Source of the DNA: Lama guanicoe
Taxonomy: Eukaryota
DNA length: 64,000 nucleotides
NCBI GenBank assembly: GCA_013239625.1
Contig: MU054001.1
Span: forward strand, 5,381,078 to 5,445,077
Reading direction: 5' to 3'
A program made the translations under genes and the position numbers. This document shows, one piece after another, positions 12,626 through 23,232 of this stretch. The notes under the pieces are model-generated. The model did not search any database. It was not told where the DNA came from and saw nothing but the letters and a program-made list of their open reading frames with translations. Numbering within the stretch: the stretch's first letter is position 1; each line of letters starts with the position of its first letter.

Positions 12626-15060
12626 GTGGGCTTCAGAGAGGGAGAGATCAGTGACAAGCAGGGAAGTCACGTTTTAAATCATCTTCACAGTGACGTGCTA
12701 TCGCTTATGCTGTCTTCCATTCCTCAGAAAGGAGGACCCCTCCAGGAGGGGAGGGCGTCACAGGAGGGCTCAAGTTTCAGAGGCCGGGTCCCTGGGTGTG
12801 GTTTCGAGGGTGCCTCCCAGAGTAAACTTTGTAACATCTCTGAATCCGTTAATACCTTTATATGTCCTTCCCCTCATTATGGAGTGAGAGCTTCTACAAG
12901 GCAGTAAGCTCCATGAGGACAGGAACTCTGTGCCCAGGGCCAGGCTAATAGTAGACATTTAATAAATAGTAAACACATGAGTACATACACAAGTTTACAA
13001 AAGCCAGCCCTGTGCTAAGGGCTGGTGGCGAACAAGACGCAGTCCCACTTGCAGATGTGGGAGCCTGACGAGTAAGCGGACAAGCACAATGTCTTCGCTG
13101 TCCTGTTTTTTAAATCTCACAAGAGGCCACGGCTCTTGCCTTGGAAAATGACTGAGAAATTTCCCAATTTCTGCAGAAGGATTTGTTTTGCCTTCTGGGT
13201 CCCTGTCATAATTTCTGATACTGCGCCAACTCATCCCTCCATGTCGGGGGGGCCGGCAGGGGAGGCCCAGACAGACAGTGGAAGGAGAAAAGTTCTACAG
13301 GGCACAATAATCCTCTGAAAGGTTTTGACGTGTCGACCAGCCAGGGGCCTGAGAGCTGACTCTCTGCTGCCTGCTGCCCTGTTTGACGAATCGTTTGCCA
13401 AAGAGCCTGGCCAGCGGGAGCTTTGACCTTGGAGAGAGAGCGATCTGTCTTCATGGAAACACACTGTCATAAGCACGTGTCTCAATTTTGCTTGGGCGGG
13501 TGCTGGGGCTGTGCGAGAAGAGAGCCTTGGATGCGGCTAAGGAGGAAAAATGTGTGGCCCGTCCAGGGGCAGAGAAGCAGCTAAAATTAACCCAGAGTGA
13601 CCCTGGAGAGCAGGGCTAGAAATCAGTGCATTTCCCTCCAGCAGCGGCGAGTCCCCAGCAAGGCCAGCAGCATGGCCATCCCTTCCTTGGGGGGCTAAGG
13701 CCCCTCACCTACCATCTTCCACAACCGGGCTCTCCACTTGTCACCAAGGACAAGCAGGGAGGGCATCTCTGGAGGCAGCGCCTTTGGCATCTCAGTCCCT
13801 GGCAGCAAAAACTGTACACTGGCCCTTCTTCTTCCTGAAGGTCAAGGAGGAGACACCCTAAGGGACAGGGTGGGTAATAAATCTGGTGTCTCCATGGTCC
13901 CCTCTCTGAGGATCCGGTGGAGCTGTTCCCCTCTATCTGTGTTGACATCTCCGGGGGAGATTTATCTGCAGGATCTAGGGCCGCTGCAGAAGCAGCCAAC
14001 TCATGAATCTGGAGGAAACGCATTGACTGAAGCCCGGGGTCTGCTTATTAAAGAAGAGAAAGGACAGGAAGAAGAGCTCGGAGCTCCTGCAGGGCCCCTG
14101 TTTTGAGTGACACAGGCTAGGGGCATTATGGGATGGCTGGGCCAGGCTATTTTCAGAATGAATTGGACAAATAGATAATGTTCATGGGGAGAAAATAAAA
14201 GCCAGAAGATCTCTGAGAAGCTGATCGTTGGGAACTGATAAAGAGACATTTGCCAGGGAGGGGAGAAGCAGGTGAGGGGTTTCCGAGGCCCCAGCCCCAA
14301 GGTTCCCAGCCCCAAAGCAAACCATGGGGCTTTGCTGTTGGAATGGTGGGTTAGCCTTCCCATGACCTGTGGGGGGATCCAGGGAGGAGGCAGGGGTCTG
14401 AGGCCTGAGGCTTCCACCATTCTGAGGTTGGGCTAGGGTCAGTCTGCCCGGAGGCACAGAGCCTGACAAGACCACCTCCAAAGAGATTCTTCCAGGAAAG
14501 CTGTGAGTTGTCTCCCAATTCTTTGTAGATGTTGTCTTTTCTGGTCTTCTGTGTGAATGTTTGACTGTTTGCCAGAGCTGTTTTTGAGTACCTAATGTCG
14601 GGGAGCCAAAGATCTAGTCCTGCGATTTAAAAGGGTGATGTCCTGTGTATTTACTGCTATGTTCTAGCCTCACTTTCTGCGAGGTAGGGGCAGACGCTGT
14701 AACCCACAAGCCTGGCCTCAGCGAAAACCAACTGCACTGCCCTGACCCCAGCCAAGACATGATGAGCTCATACTAGCTCCGCAAAGGCATCCTCAGCCCT
14801 AGCGGCCCAAGGGAGACTGAGGAAAAGGGAGTCCCAAGACTAGGCCATCAGGAGTTGTTAAGGAGATGCAGAGGAGAATGGAGAGCATCCCAGAGCTCAA
14901 TGCAAATGGCATAGAAAGCAAGGACCAAGGGTCACCCAATAGCTTTACCCAACAGCTGACAATTACCAAGTATTACCCAGCATCACCAAAGTACCATCAG
15001 ACTGGCCCAGAGCAGCTTTTCTGAGCACGTGTGTATGTTTCACACCACATCTATCCTCAA

Positions 15061-15769
15061 TGTAATTTTTTAAAATTTATCAAATTTATTTTTATTATGG
15101 GTATTGCTATAACAGAATATAAAAATTAAATGATAAAAGTTTCTTCTAAGAGTACAATTTAGCTTCGTCTTTAAAAAGTTCATCTATTTTTTTTGAACTA
15201 TACATACTCAGGTAAAAAAGGCTCTTTGACTTAAACTTATGACTTCAGAATTAAACTCTAGAAATAAATGCTATGGCCATCTAAAAGTTTATATTGACAA
15301 ATTGCATACATTTTAAAATTATAATGCAATATTTATACTATAATACAAATATAATATATAGAGAATAACTATATATACACTTCACTTGCATTGCTGATAT
15401 ATGATAGTTACCCAAACTGTCTTGAGAAATGAGGCTTAATATAATTCAAACTAAGTAGAAGATCAGTTTCAATTACAACATTTCTTTCACAACTAATAAG
15501 AGATAATCCAAACATTTGCTGGACATAAAAAAAAAAACCACGCTTCATGGTGTGTTTTGGGAGTTCCAGTATGTTTTGGATGAGGGATGTTGACCATGAA
15601 GGAGCTCACTGCTGTGCTCACTGTTAAAGTTTGAGGAACTCTGGTCCAAAGGAGGGGCTTGTCCTCCCTCCTCTGGCCTCAGTGCAGCTCAGGTGGGGAT
15701 CTGACTGAGTGAGTGAATGCAGCCTGGCAGCTTGGGAGGCCTGAGCGGAGGGAAGGGAACAGCGCAGCT
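15061..15769 (-). other. 3' UTR of the cTAGE-like retrocopy with tandem AATAAA signals
   Basis: AT-rich region downstream of the stop. Minus-strand AATAAA at 15085-15090 and 15091-15096, followed by a short A-rich remnant near 15065-15072. Confidence 0.6.
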
Positions 15770-16477
15770 TTAAGACGAGGGCCCACTCCTGGGAAAGGGA
15801 CCATCAGGACTTGGTGCTCGGTCCCCTGGCTGGTGTGTAAAAGCCCCTTGTGATGTGCTGAGTCTCATGATCTCTTCCAGGAACTTGAGCACTTTTAGTG
15901 TCTCCACCATCTCTTCCTGTATAGACTGTAAGGATCTCTCTTTCTTCAGTTCTTGGATGAGAAAACTGATTTCCTTCCTCGAGCTCAGGTTGATCGTCAT
16001 CAACTTTGTATAAGTGTCAGCAAGGCTGGGTATATTTACTGGCTCCTTCTCTAGCCTTGCACTCTTTACAGTTGTCTCCATCTTGGCATGATCCTTTTTA
16101 GCCACACAAAGCTGGTCGATGAGGTGGCATTTCTTCTTAATCTGTGCTGTGAGTGTTTTTGCCAGTTGCTTTTCATGTCTTCTGTTAAGTTGACTTCTAA
16201 CAGACTGAATAAGTCTGAAAGTAAATGAGACACCCAGCAATAAGGTGAGGACAGGTAGACTCAATGCTGTCTCCCACTGGAGGCTCCGTAACATGAACTG
16301 AGAACACAGGCCATTGAACAGCAGCAAAACCAGGACCACACTCAGCTTCCTAAGGATCAGCCCAAAGCCAAGCTCCACAGAAGACAGGAGCCCCTCCATG
16401 GCACTGACCCACCCAGGGCTCTGCCCAGTTACCATGGAGCCACCAGCCACAACAAGCCCCAGAGGACACCCCAACAT
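15770..16477 (-). CDS. Intronless cTAGE5/MIA2-family retrogene or retrocopy; 235 aa from the first ATG, 209 aa from the homologous ATG at 16399
   Basis: From MEGLLSSVELGFGLILRKL the translation parallels the cTAGE5 N-terminus: hydrophobic segments with WE, then RLIQSVRSQLNRRHEKQLAKTL (cTAGE5 RSFRSVRSRLYVGREKKLA), a coiled coil (EISFLIQELKKERSLQSIQEEM) and SPDGPFPRSGPSS (cTAGE5 SPYGPSPLGWPSS). No introns; GCCATGG Kozak context at 16399. Confidence 0.85.
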   Translation of the reverse strand: MLGCPLGLVVAGGSMVTGQSPGWVSAMEGLLSSVELGFGLILRKLSVVLVLLLFNGLCSQFMLRSLQWETALSLPVLTLLLGVSFTFRLIQSVRSQLNRRHEKQLAKTLTAQIKKKCHLIDQLCVAKKDHAKMETTVKSARLEKEPVNIPSLADTYTKLMTINLSSRKEISFLIQELKKERSLQSIQEEMVETLKVLKFLEEIMRLSTSQGAFTHQPGDRAPSPDGPFPRSGPSS

Positions 16478-16484
16478 TCCACCT

Positions 16485-16580
16485 GGAACCCAACTGACGT
16501 CCTGGATTGGTCAGTTATCTGGTCAGTGTCGGTGGGGAGGAGGCGTGGCTGTCAGAGGAGAGGGTTGTAACTAAAATATC
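16485..16580 (-). promoter_or_regulatory. Putative promoter of the cTAGE-like retrocopy
   Basis: CRE-like TGACGTC (16495-16501), CCAAT on the minus strand (16506-16510) and an Sp/KLF-type GGGGAGGAGGCGTGG (~16534-16548), all directly upstream of the ORF. Confidence 0.45.
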
Positions 16581-17569
16581 ATTTTCTCCATTATTGTCTA
16601 ATGGCAATTTTTTCTGACCTCTTTTTTTGTTTGTATTTGTATACCATAAAAAATAAAGTGAAATGTGTCAATGTAAAGCTTATGATTTCACAAATCTTTA
16701 AAATTCCTAACCCTCAACAGTATCGGAAAAGTCAGTGTATGAACCACATGTTTGAATCACATCCATTAACACAGAACATATACCCTCTGTCACATTTCAG
16801 TAGAAACACACACACTCTCACAACATGCATCCATCAGTCTGATGGTGGCTGAACTTGATGAAAATGAAAAAAAATCACAATGTGTACTTTGATATCTGTC
16901 TCTTTTGCTCTAAGTAATGTTTTTAGAGCTACATGTTTTTATTTGAATATGCCATTCAGTTTGTAGGGCTGAATAATTTGACCTTGTAAGATTATATCAC
17001 AAAATATTAATCTATTCTCTTAATAATGGACATTTGGGTTAGTTCAAGTGTGGGTTATTATGAATAAATATTTTTGATTATATATATACATGCATCTGTT
17101 TTCTAAATATCTGTTTTCATTTACCCTGTGAGATGCATACCTGGGAGCAGCTCTGTTGAGTAAATCTCTGCTAAACACTCCTTCATTTTGGAAGAGGTTT
17201 CTTGAGGTATAATTTACATGCCATAAATTCACTCATTTAAATTCAAAATTCTTTTGTTTGTGTGTGTGAATGTGCAGAGTTGTGTCTCCCCCACAATCCC
17301 ATTTTAGAATAATTCTATCATGGGAAAAAAAGATTTCTCAATCTACACTTTTCTTTATCAGCTTCATTTGACACAGTCAGTCTCTCTTTCTCTTTGAAAT
17401 GCTTCCATGATATAGATTCCAGTTCAATGCATTGTACCATTTTTATAATTGTTTTTGTTGTTGGCTTCTGTTTTTTTATGAACTGACTGGCCTTTCCTTC
17501 TGTGACTCCGCTGATGGTTTCCACTTTTCTTCCAAACCCTTTAGCGTTAGTTTGACTCAGGAATTAGTT

Positions 17570-17896
17570 CTTTTTTTTTTTTCATAGTTTACATTAGGGT
17601 TTACTCTTGATGTTGTACATTCTGTGGGTTTTGACAAGTGCATAATGACATGTAGCCACTATAGTATCATACAGAATAATTTCATTCCCCTAAAAATCCC
17701 TTGTGCTCCATCTATTCATTCCTCCCTCCCCCACCACCAAACCCCTGGAAACCACGATCTTTTTATTGTTTCTGTAGCTGTGCCTTTTCCAGAATGTCAT
17801 TTGGTTGGAATCATAAGTTTGTAGTCCTTTGAGACTGGCTTCTTTCATTTAGTAATATGTCTTTTAAGTTTCTTCTATGGCTTTCATGGCTTGATC
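17570..17896 (-). mobile_element. Old L1 3' end
   Basis: Poly-T followed by catagtttacattagggtttactcttgatgttgtacattctgtgggttttgacaa...ttccagaatgtcat. Confidence 0.75.
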
Positions 17897-18024
17897 TTTT
17901 TTTTTTACTGCACATTTATCTTTTAATTTACATATATGTTCTGTTCATTGTTTTAAAGAATGTTTAGAGATTTAGCTTTTTAAACTTACATAGTTATCAA
18001 AGGAATAAAGCCAACCACAAAATA

Positions 18025-18555
18025 AGAATTAACTCAGAAAGATACATATACCCTGCTATTAACAGCAACATTATTTATAATTGCCAAGATATGGAAGCAT
18101 CCTAAGTGCACATCAATAGTTGAATAGATAATGGAGATGCAGCATATGTGTATATATATAGACATGTAATGAAATGCAACTCACCCATTAAAAAGGAGGA
18201 TATTTTGCCATTTGCAGCCCTTCATTCACCTTTTTTTCACTTCAAAACCCAGAATTTTATAACTGGCAGAGATATTTCCATTACATTAAAAACAACAAAA
18301 TTCCAAGAAATGAACTTAACCAAGGAGGTTACCTATACTCTGAAAACTGAAATGACACAAAGAAATGGAAAGATTTCTTGTGCTCTTGAATTGGAAGAAT
18401 CAACACTATCAAAATGGCCACACTCCCCAAAGCAATCCACAGATCCAACACAACCCGCATCAAAATACTTGCAACATTCCTCAAAGAACTAGAACAAACA
18501 ATTCCACAATTTATAAGGAACCACAAAAGACTCAAAAAGCCAAAGCAATCTTTTA
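18025..18555 (+). mobile_element. Two L1 ORF2 fragments in scrambled order, antisense to the adjacent ORF1 unit
   Basis: 18025-18217 is ORF2 end plus 3' UTR start (aagatacatataccc...gccatttgcagc); 18275-18555 is mid-ORF2 (LPKAIHRSN...ELEQTI). Confidence 0.8.
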
Positions 18556-20437
18556 TAGGTCCCTTTTGTTTTTCTCTTTCTTCTTTTTGTTCTCTTTTAT
18601 GGTTTAATGACTAGGGAAGGTCCTTTAACATTTGTTATAAAGCTGGTTTGTTGGTGCTAAAATATTTTAGCTTTTGTTTATCTGTGAAGCTTTTGACTTC
18701 TCCATCAGGTCTGAAGGAGAGCCTTGCTGTATAGAGTATTCTTGTTTGTAAGTTTCCCCCTTGCATCATTTTAAATATATTGTGCCACTCCCTTCTGGCC
18801 TGTAGAGTTTCTTCTGAAAAATCAGCTGATAACCTTATGTGAGCTCCCTCGTATGTTATTTGTTGCTTTTCTCTTGCTAATTTTAATATTTCCTCCTTAT
18901 CCTTAATTGTTGTCAATTTGGTGACTATATACTTTGTTGTGTTTTTCTTTGGGTTGATCCAGTGCAGTACTCTCTGTGCTTCCAGGACTCGGGTGACTGT
19001 TTCCTTTCCCAAGTTGGGGAAGTTTTCAGTTATTATCTCTCCAAAAATTTTCTCAGGTCTTTGCTCTCTCTCTTCTCTTTCTGGGACCCCTATAATGCGA
19101 ATATTAGAGCACTTCATGATGTCCCAGAGTTCTCTTAAACCATTCTCATTCCTTTTTATTCTTTTTTCTGTTCAGAAGTAGTGATTTCCACTAATCTGTC
19201 TTCTTAGCTCACTGATCCGTTCTTCTGCCTCATTTAGTCTATTCTTGGTTCCTTCTAGTGTATTGTTCATTTCACTCATTTTTATTCTTCAACTCTGGGT
19301 ATTCTATATATTTTCCAACTCTTTGCTAAAAACTTCACTCTGTGCATCTATACTCCTCTTGAGTTCTCTGAACATCTTGGCCATCATTACTTTAAATTCT
19401 TTCTCAGATAAATTACCTACCTCCTCATCACCTATTTCTTCTTCTGAGTTTTATCTTGTGCCTTGGCCTGGGAGATATTCCTTTGCCATCTGATATCGTC
19501 TATCTTTCTACGTGTTTGTGGATTCTTTCCAAAGGCTTTGGAATTATTGTTTTCTTATTTCTAGTAACTGCCCCTGCTGGATGAGGCTGGACTAGAGGCT
19601 TATGCAGGTTTTTGGCAGGAGGAGCCAGTGCCTGCCCTCTGCTGGGTGAAGCTTGGTCCTGGACCTCTGGTGGGTAGGGCTGTGTCTAGAGGCCTTTGTG
19701 ACTTAGGAAGTCTGCTGATGGGTGGGGCTGTGTTCCCACCCTGTATGTTGTTTGGCCTGAGGCTTCTCTAAAGGCTGTTGGGTGGGGCTAGGTCTTGGTT
19801 CTAATGATCTAATCAAGGTGTCAGCCTCCAAGGAAGCTCATGTAGATTAACACTCCCAGAATGTCCGCCACCAGCATTTATGTCCCCTGAGTGAGTCCCA
19901 GCTTTCCCTCTTGTCCTCAGAAGACCCTCCAAATCCAGCAGGCAGGCCTGGCCCAGGTTACTATGAAATCACTGGCTCTGTCCTTGGACCTATGCACGTG
20001 AGTTTCCGTGTATGCTTCTCAAGTGAATGGAGTCTCCGTTTCCCCCAGTCCCAAGAGGGTTCCAGAGCCAAGCCCTCCTGGCCTTCAAAACCAGATGTCC
20101 TGGGGTCTCCTTCTCTTCCCAATGCCAGGACCTGGGCTGGGGAGCCTTATGTGGGGCTTAGAGCTCTCACTCCTGTGGGAGGGCCTCTGCAACTTAACAG
20201 ATCTTCAGCTTGTGGGTCACATAGCCAAGGGGTTTGGGGCCCAATTATATCATGAGCATGCCCCTCCTACCTTCTTGCTCTGATTCCCTCTTTATGTTTC
20301 CAGTTGCAGAAGGTCTTTTTTGCTAGGTTCCAGTCTTTTTTTGATGGTTGTTTAGCATTCAGTTGTGGTTTCATTGCAGTCGTGGGGAGAGGCAAGTTCT
20401 TGGTCCTATCATTCTGCCATCTTGACCGGAAATCCTC
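18555..20437 (-). mobile_element. L1 5' UTR + ORF1 + inter-ORF spacer (5' end retained, no sense ORF2)
   Basis: 5' end GAGGATTTCCGGTCAAGATGGC at ~20437. ORF 18635-19117 gives clear L1 ORF1p (NIRIIGVPE, ENFPNL, IRLSADFSEETLQARREW). The ORF1 start is degenerate (ATC AGA TGG CAA AGG AAT near 19494) and there are frameshifts. Confidence 0.9.
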
Positions 20438-20451
20438 TAATTTTACCCCTT

Positions 20452-20920
20452 TATGATGGTTAATTTTATGTATCAACTTGACCAGGACCCGAGATACTCA
20501 GATATTTGTCTAGACATTATTCTAGATGTGTCTGTGACAGGGTTTCCAAAGGAGATTAGCATTTGAATTGGTAGACTGAGTAAAGCAGATGGCCCTCCTC
20601 AGTGTGCAAGGGCCTCATCCAATCCCCTGAGGGCCTGGACAGAATAAAAAGCCCAGGGAGGAAGACTCCACCCTCTACCTGGCTGCTTGGGCTTTGGTCT
20701 CTTTCCGCATTTGGACTGAGACTTTCACTATCAGCGCCCCTGGTTCTCAGGCCCCCCAGCTTGCACTGAACCTGTACCACCAGCATTCCTGGGCCTCCAG
20801 CCCACAGAGAGCAGATCAGGGAACTTTCCAGCTCCCATGATCGTATAGGCAAATTCCTTATAATAAATCTGTGGGTGTGTGCATCTTGTTGGTTTCACTT
20901 CTCTGGAGAACCCTGACACT
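20452..20920 (+). mobile_element. MLT2 (ERVL) LTR
   Basis: Starts tgatggttaattttatgtatcaacttgac and ends tggtttcacttctctggagaaccctgac. Confidence 0.8.
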
Positions 20921-21466
20921 TCTATCCTCTCGTACCTAGGGTGAAATTAACTTGGTCACCTCTACTGCAGCCTGGAAAATATTTTTATTCTTTGGGTAAG
21001 GGTACTCCTATCGCTTATAAACGTTTAAAATTAGAATAATTGAAAATGGGTGAACAGTGGTTAACTATTAATATTTCAAAAGGAAATAACACTTTGAAGA
21101 CAACCACCCCCAGGGACAGTGTCATATGAATTCCACTTACATTTATGGCAAAACCCACCGAATTCTTCTTTTGTCTTCCTTTTGATTTTGGGGATTGGTA
21201 TATGCTAGTTAACTGATCTTATAAGGTTGCATATGTTGCCAATGTTCAAAGAATTGGAGAAAAATAAAGAACACTGACTCTCGAGTTTCATCACTGGACA
21301 ATTGGTCCTCTGTGGGCTTGAACAGCCAGAACTTTCAATATTTCAGGAGAATCGTACCTCTAGGTTTTTATGTGATATTCCCGATTTTAAAACGTAGTCT
21401 ACTAAATCTGATGTTTCCAATCACCAAAGAGGCGATTTAATCACCATCAAGAAATAAAGCATGACT

Positions 21467-21745
21467 ACATAGAAAACAAACTATGGTTACCAAAGGGGAA
21501 TGGGTGGGGAGGGATAAATTAGGGGTTGGGAATTAACTGACACACATTACTGTATATAAAATAGATAAACAACAAGGACCTACTGTATAGCACAGGGAAC
21601 TCTATTCAATTTCTTGTAATAACATTTAGTGGAAAAGAATTTGACAAGAAAATATGTATGTACGTATATGTATAACTGAATCACTTTGCTGTATACCTGA
21701 AACTAACATTGTAAATCAACTACATTTCAATAAAATTTTTAAAAA
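21467..21745 (+). mobile_element. 5'-truncated L1 3' end
   Basis: acatagaaaacaaactatggttacc...aatcaactacatttcaataaaa; degenerate 18-bp TSD at 21449-21466 and 21746-21763. Confidence 0.85.
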
Positions 21746-22819
21746 AAGAAATAGACTATGACTGAGTGGTAGATTCGGCACATTGGTGAACATCTGCTAT
21801 ACCCAATTTGGGGTCCTGAAGTTTCTGGGTGACTGATTGTAAATTTATTTTCTGGTTTTTGGGATTCTGGTTTTTTTTTTCTAATTTTACGTCAAAGGCA
21901 TGGAGAGACAGTACAGGAGAGTGAACGAAAGGAAGGAAAAGAAAGCAGCGTAACCCTAGGCAAGTCCCTTCTTCTCCGATAAAAGTGCTTAGGTGAGTCT
22001 TAGATGAGTTCTGAGATGCCATAACAGGGCACAGTTCAAGGTGTGAAGGTCCAGTGACAGTAGACTGAGAAAGAGGAGCAGGGAGAAGGGTGAAGCTGTT
22101 CCAAGCTAGACCAGGGCTGCCTGGCCTCCTGATGCCCCCCAACAAGAGACCCTCTTTGAATTGAAAGTTGCTTGTTCCTCAAAAATTTTTCTTTCACAGG
22201 CCGCCCATGAGCAGTCACTGACCTGCTGGAAGGAAGGTTCTCAGGTCACTCTAATCTGTGTCCTACACACCAATCGATACCACCCTCACCCAGAACCATG
22301 TAACTCAATCAGTGCTGTGATGGTGGGGGCACAATTTGCCCCTGAAAGCCTGCTGTGAACAGCAGAAAATATGGGTGATTTCATTATCTGAGATTGCTTT
22401 GTCATATTTCTGCTGAACCAGAGGATAACTGAAATGAACATTAATAATTCAGGACCATGGCCAGGGCTACAGAACTTCTGGGCCCTGCCCCTCCCACCCT
22501 TGGTTCCTCCTGGGTTTGGCTCTAGAAACAGCCTGGACCCCCACGGCCATGAGGAGACCCAGAGGCAAGGCCTGTGCTATTTCCCACAGTCAGTCAATTC
22601 TGAGGGGTATTCTGGTCCTTGAAGAAGATGAAGTCCTTGTGGAACAGACGTCGATCCCCAGACCCAGCCTGAGGTCAGGCCTCCTGGACACTGTCTGGGA
22701 GCCCAGGGAATGGGGGTCTCTCCCAGGCCAGATTTTGTTTCTTTCTTTTGATGCTTTTTTCTTCAAAAGTAGCTGAGGGTTTTCTTTCAACCCAAGGTAC
22801 ACGTTAGGGTGAATCTTGA

Positions 22820-22960
22820 ACACAACTTTCCTTTTTATCTGATCTCTTTCTCCACTTCTCTGTCCTCCTCCCCCACCTTCCCTTATTTCTTCTCTTTCCC
22901 TTCCCCTCTCCCTCTGCCCCTTTTCTTCTCTTCTACTCCATTTATTTTCCCTCTTGCTTT
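22820..22960 (+). repeat. Polypyrimidine low-complexity tract
   Basis: Almost purely C/T. Confidence 0.8.
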
Positions 22961-23012
22961 AGCAGAATTCCAGAATGACAAAGCCAAAAGTGCTCCTAGA
23001 GGATTCCAGTGC

Positions 23013-23232
23013 CAGGGGTAGCAAACTCAGGTGCCCTTGGGAGTCAGCAAGTCATATAAATGTGTAAGCAAGCAGGGTATTGGGTACCGCGGTGAGCTAC
23101 TCCTGTGGACAGCTGGGCAGTGTGTGTGCTTGGCCTAAATACATGTAAGTTTCATATTTTTAAAATCCAATGCTGGCCAAACAAAACATGTTTAAGATCT
23201 GAAGGGCCTGTGAGTCCCCAGTGTGTGACCTG
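23013..23232 (+). mobile_element. MER102-like hAT MITE, internally deleted
   Basis: caggggtagcaaactca start; ggccaaacaaaacatg...gggcc end. Confidence 0.55.

Noticed and set aside
18635..19117. 160-aa ORF as a host gene
   Set aside because: It is the C-terminal half of a disrupted L1 ORF1.
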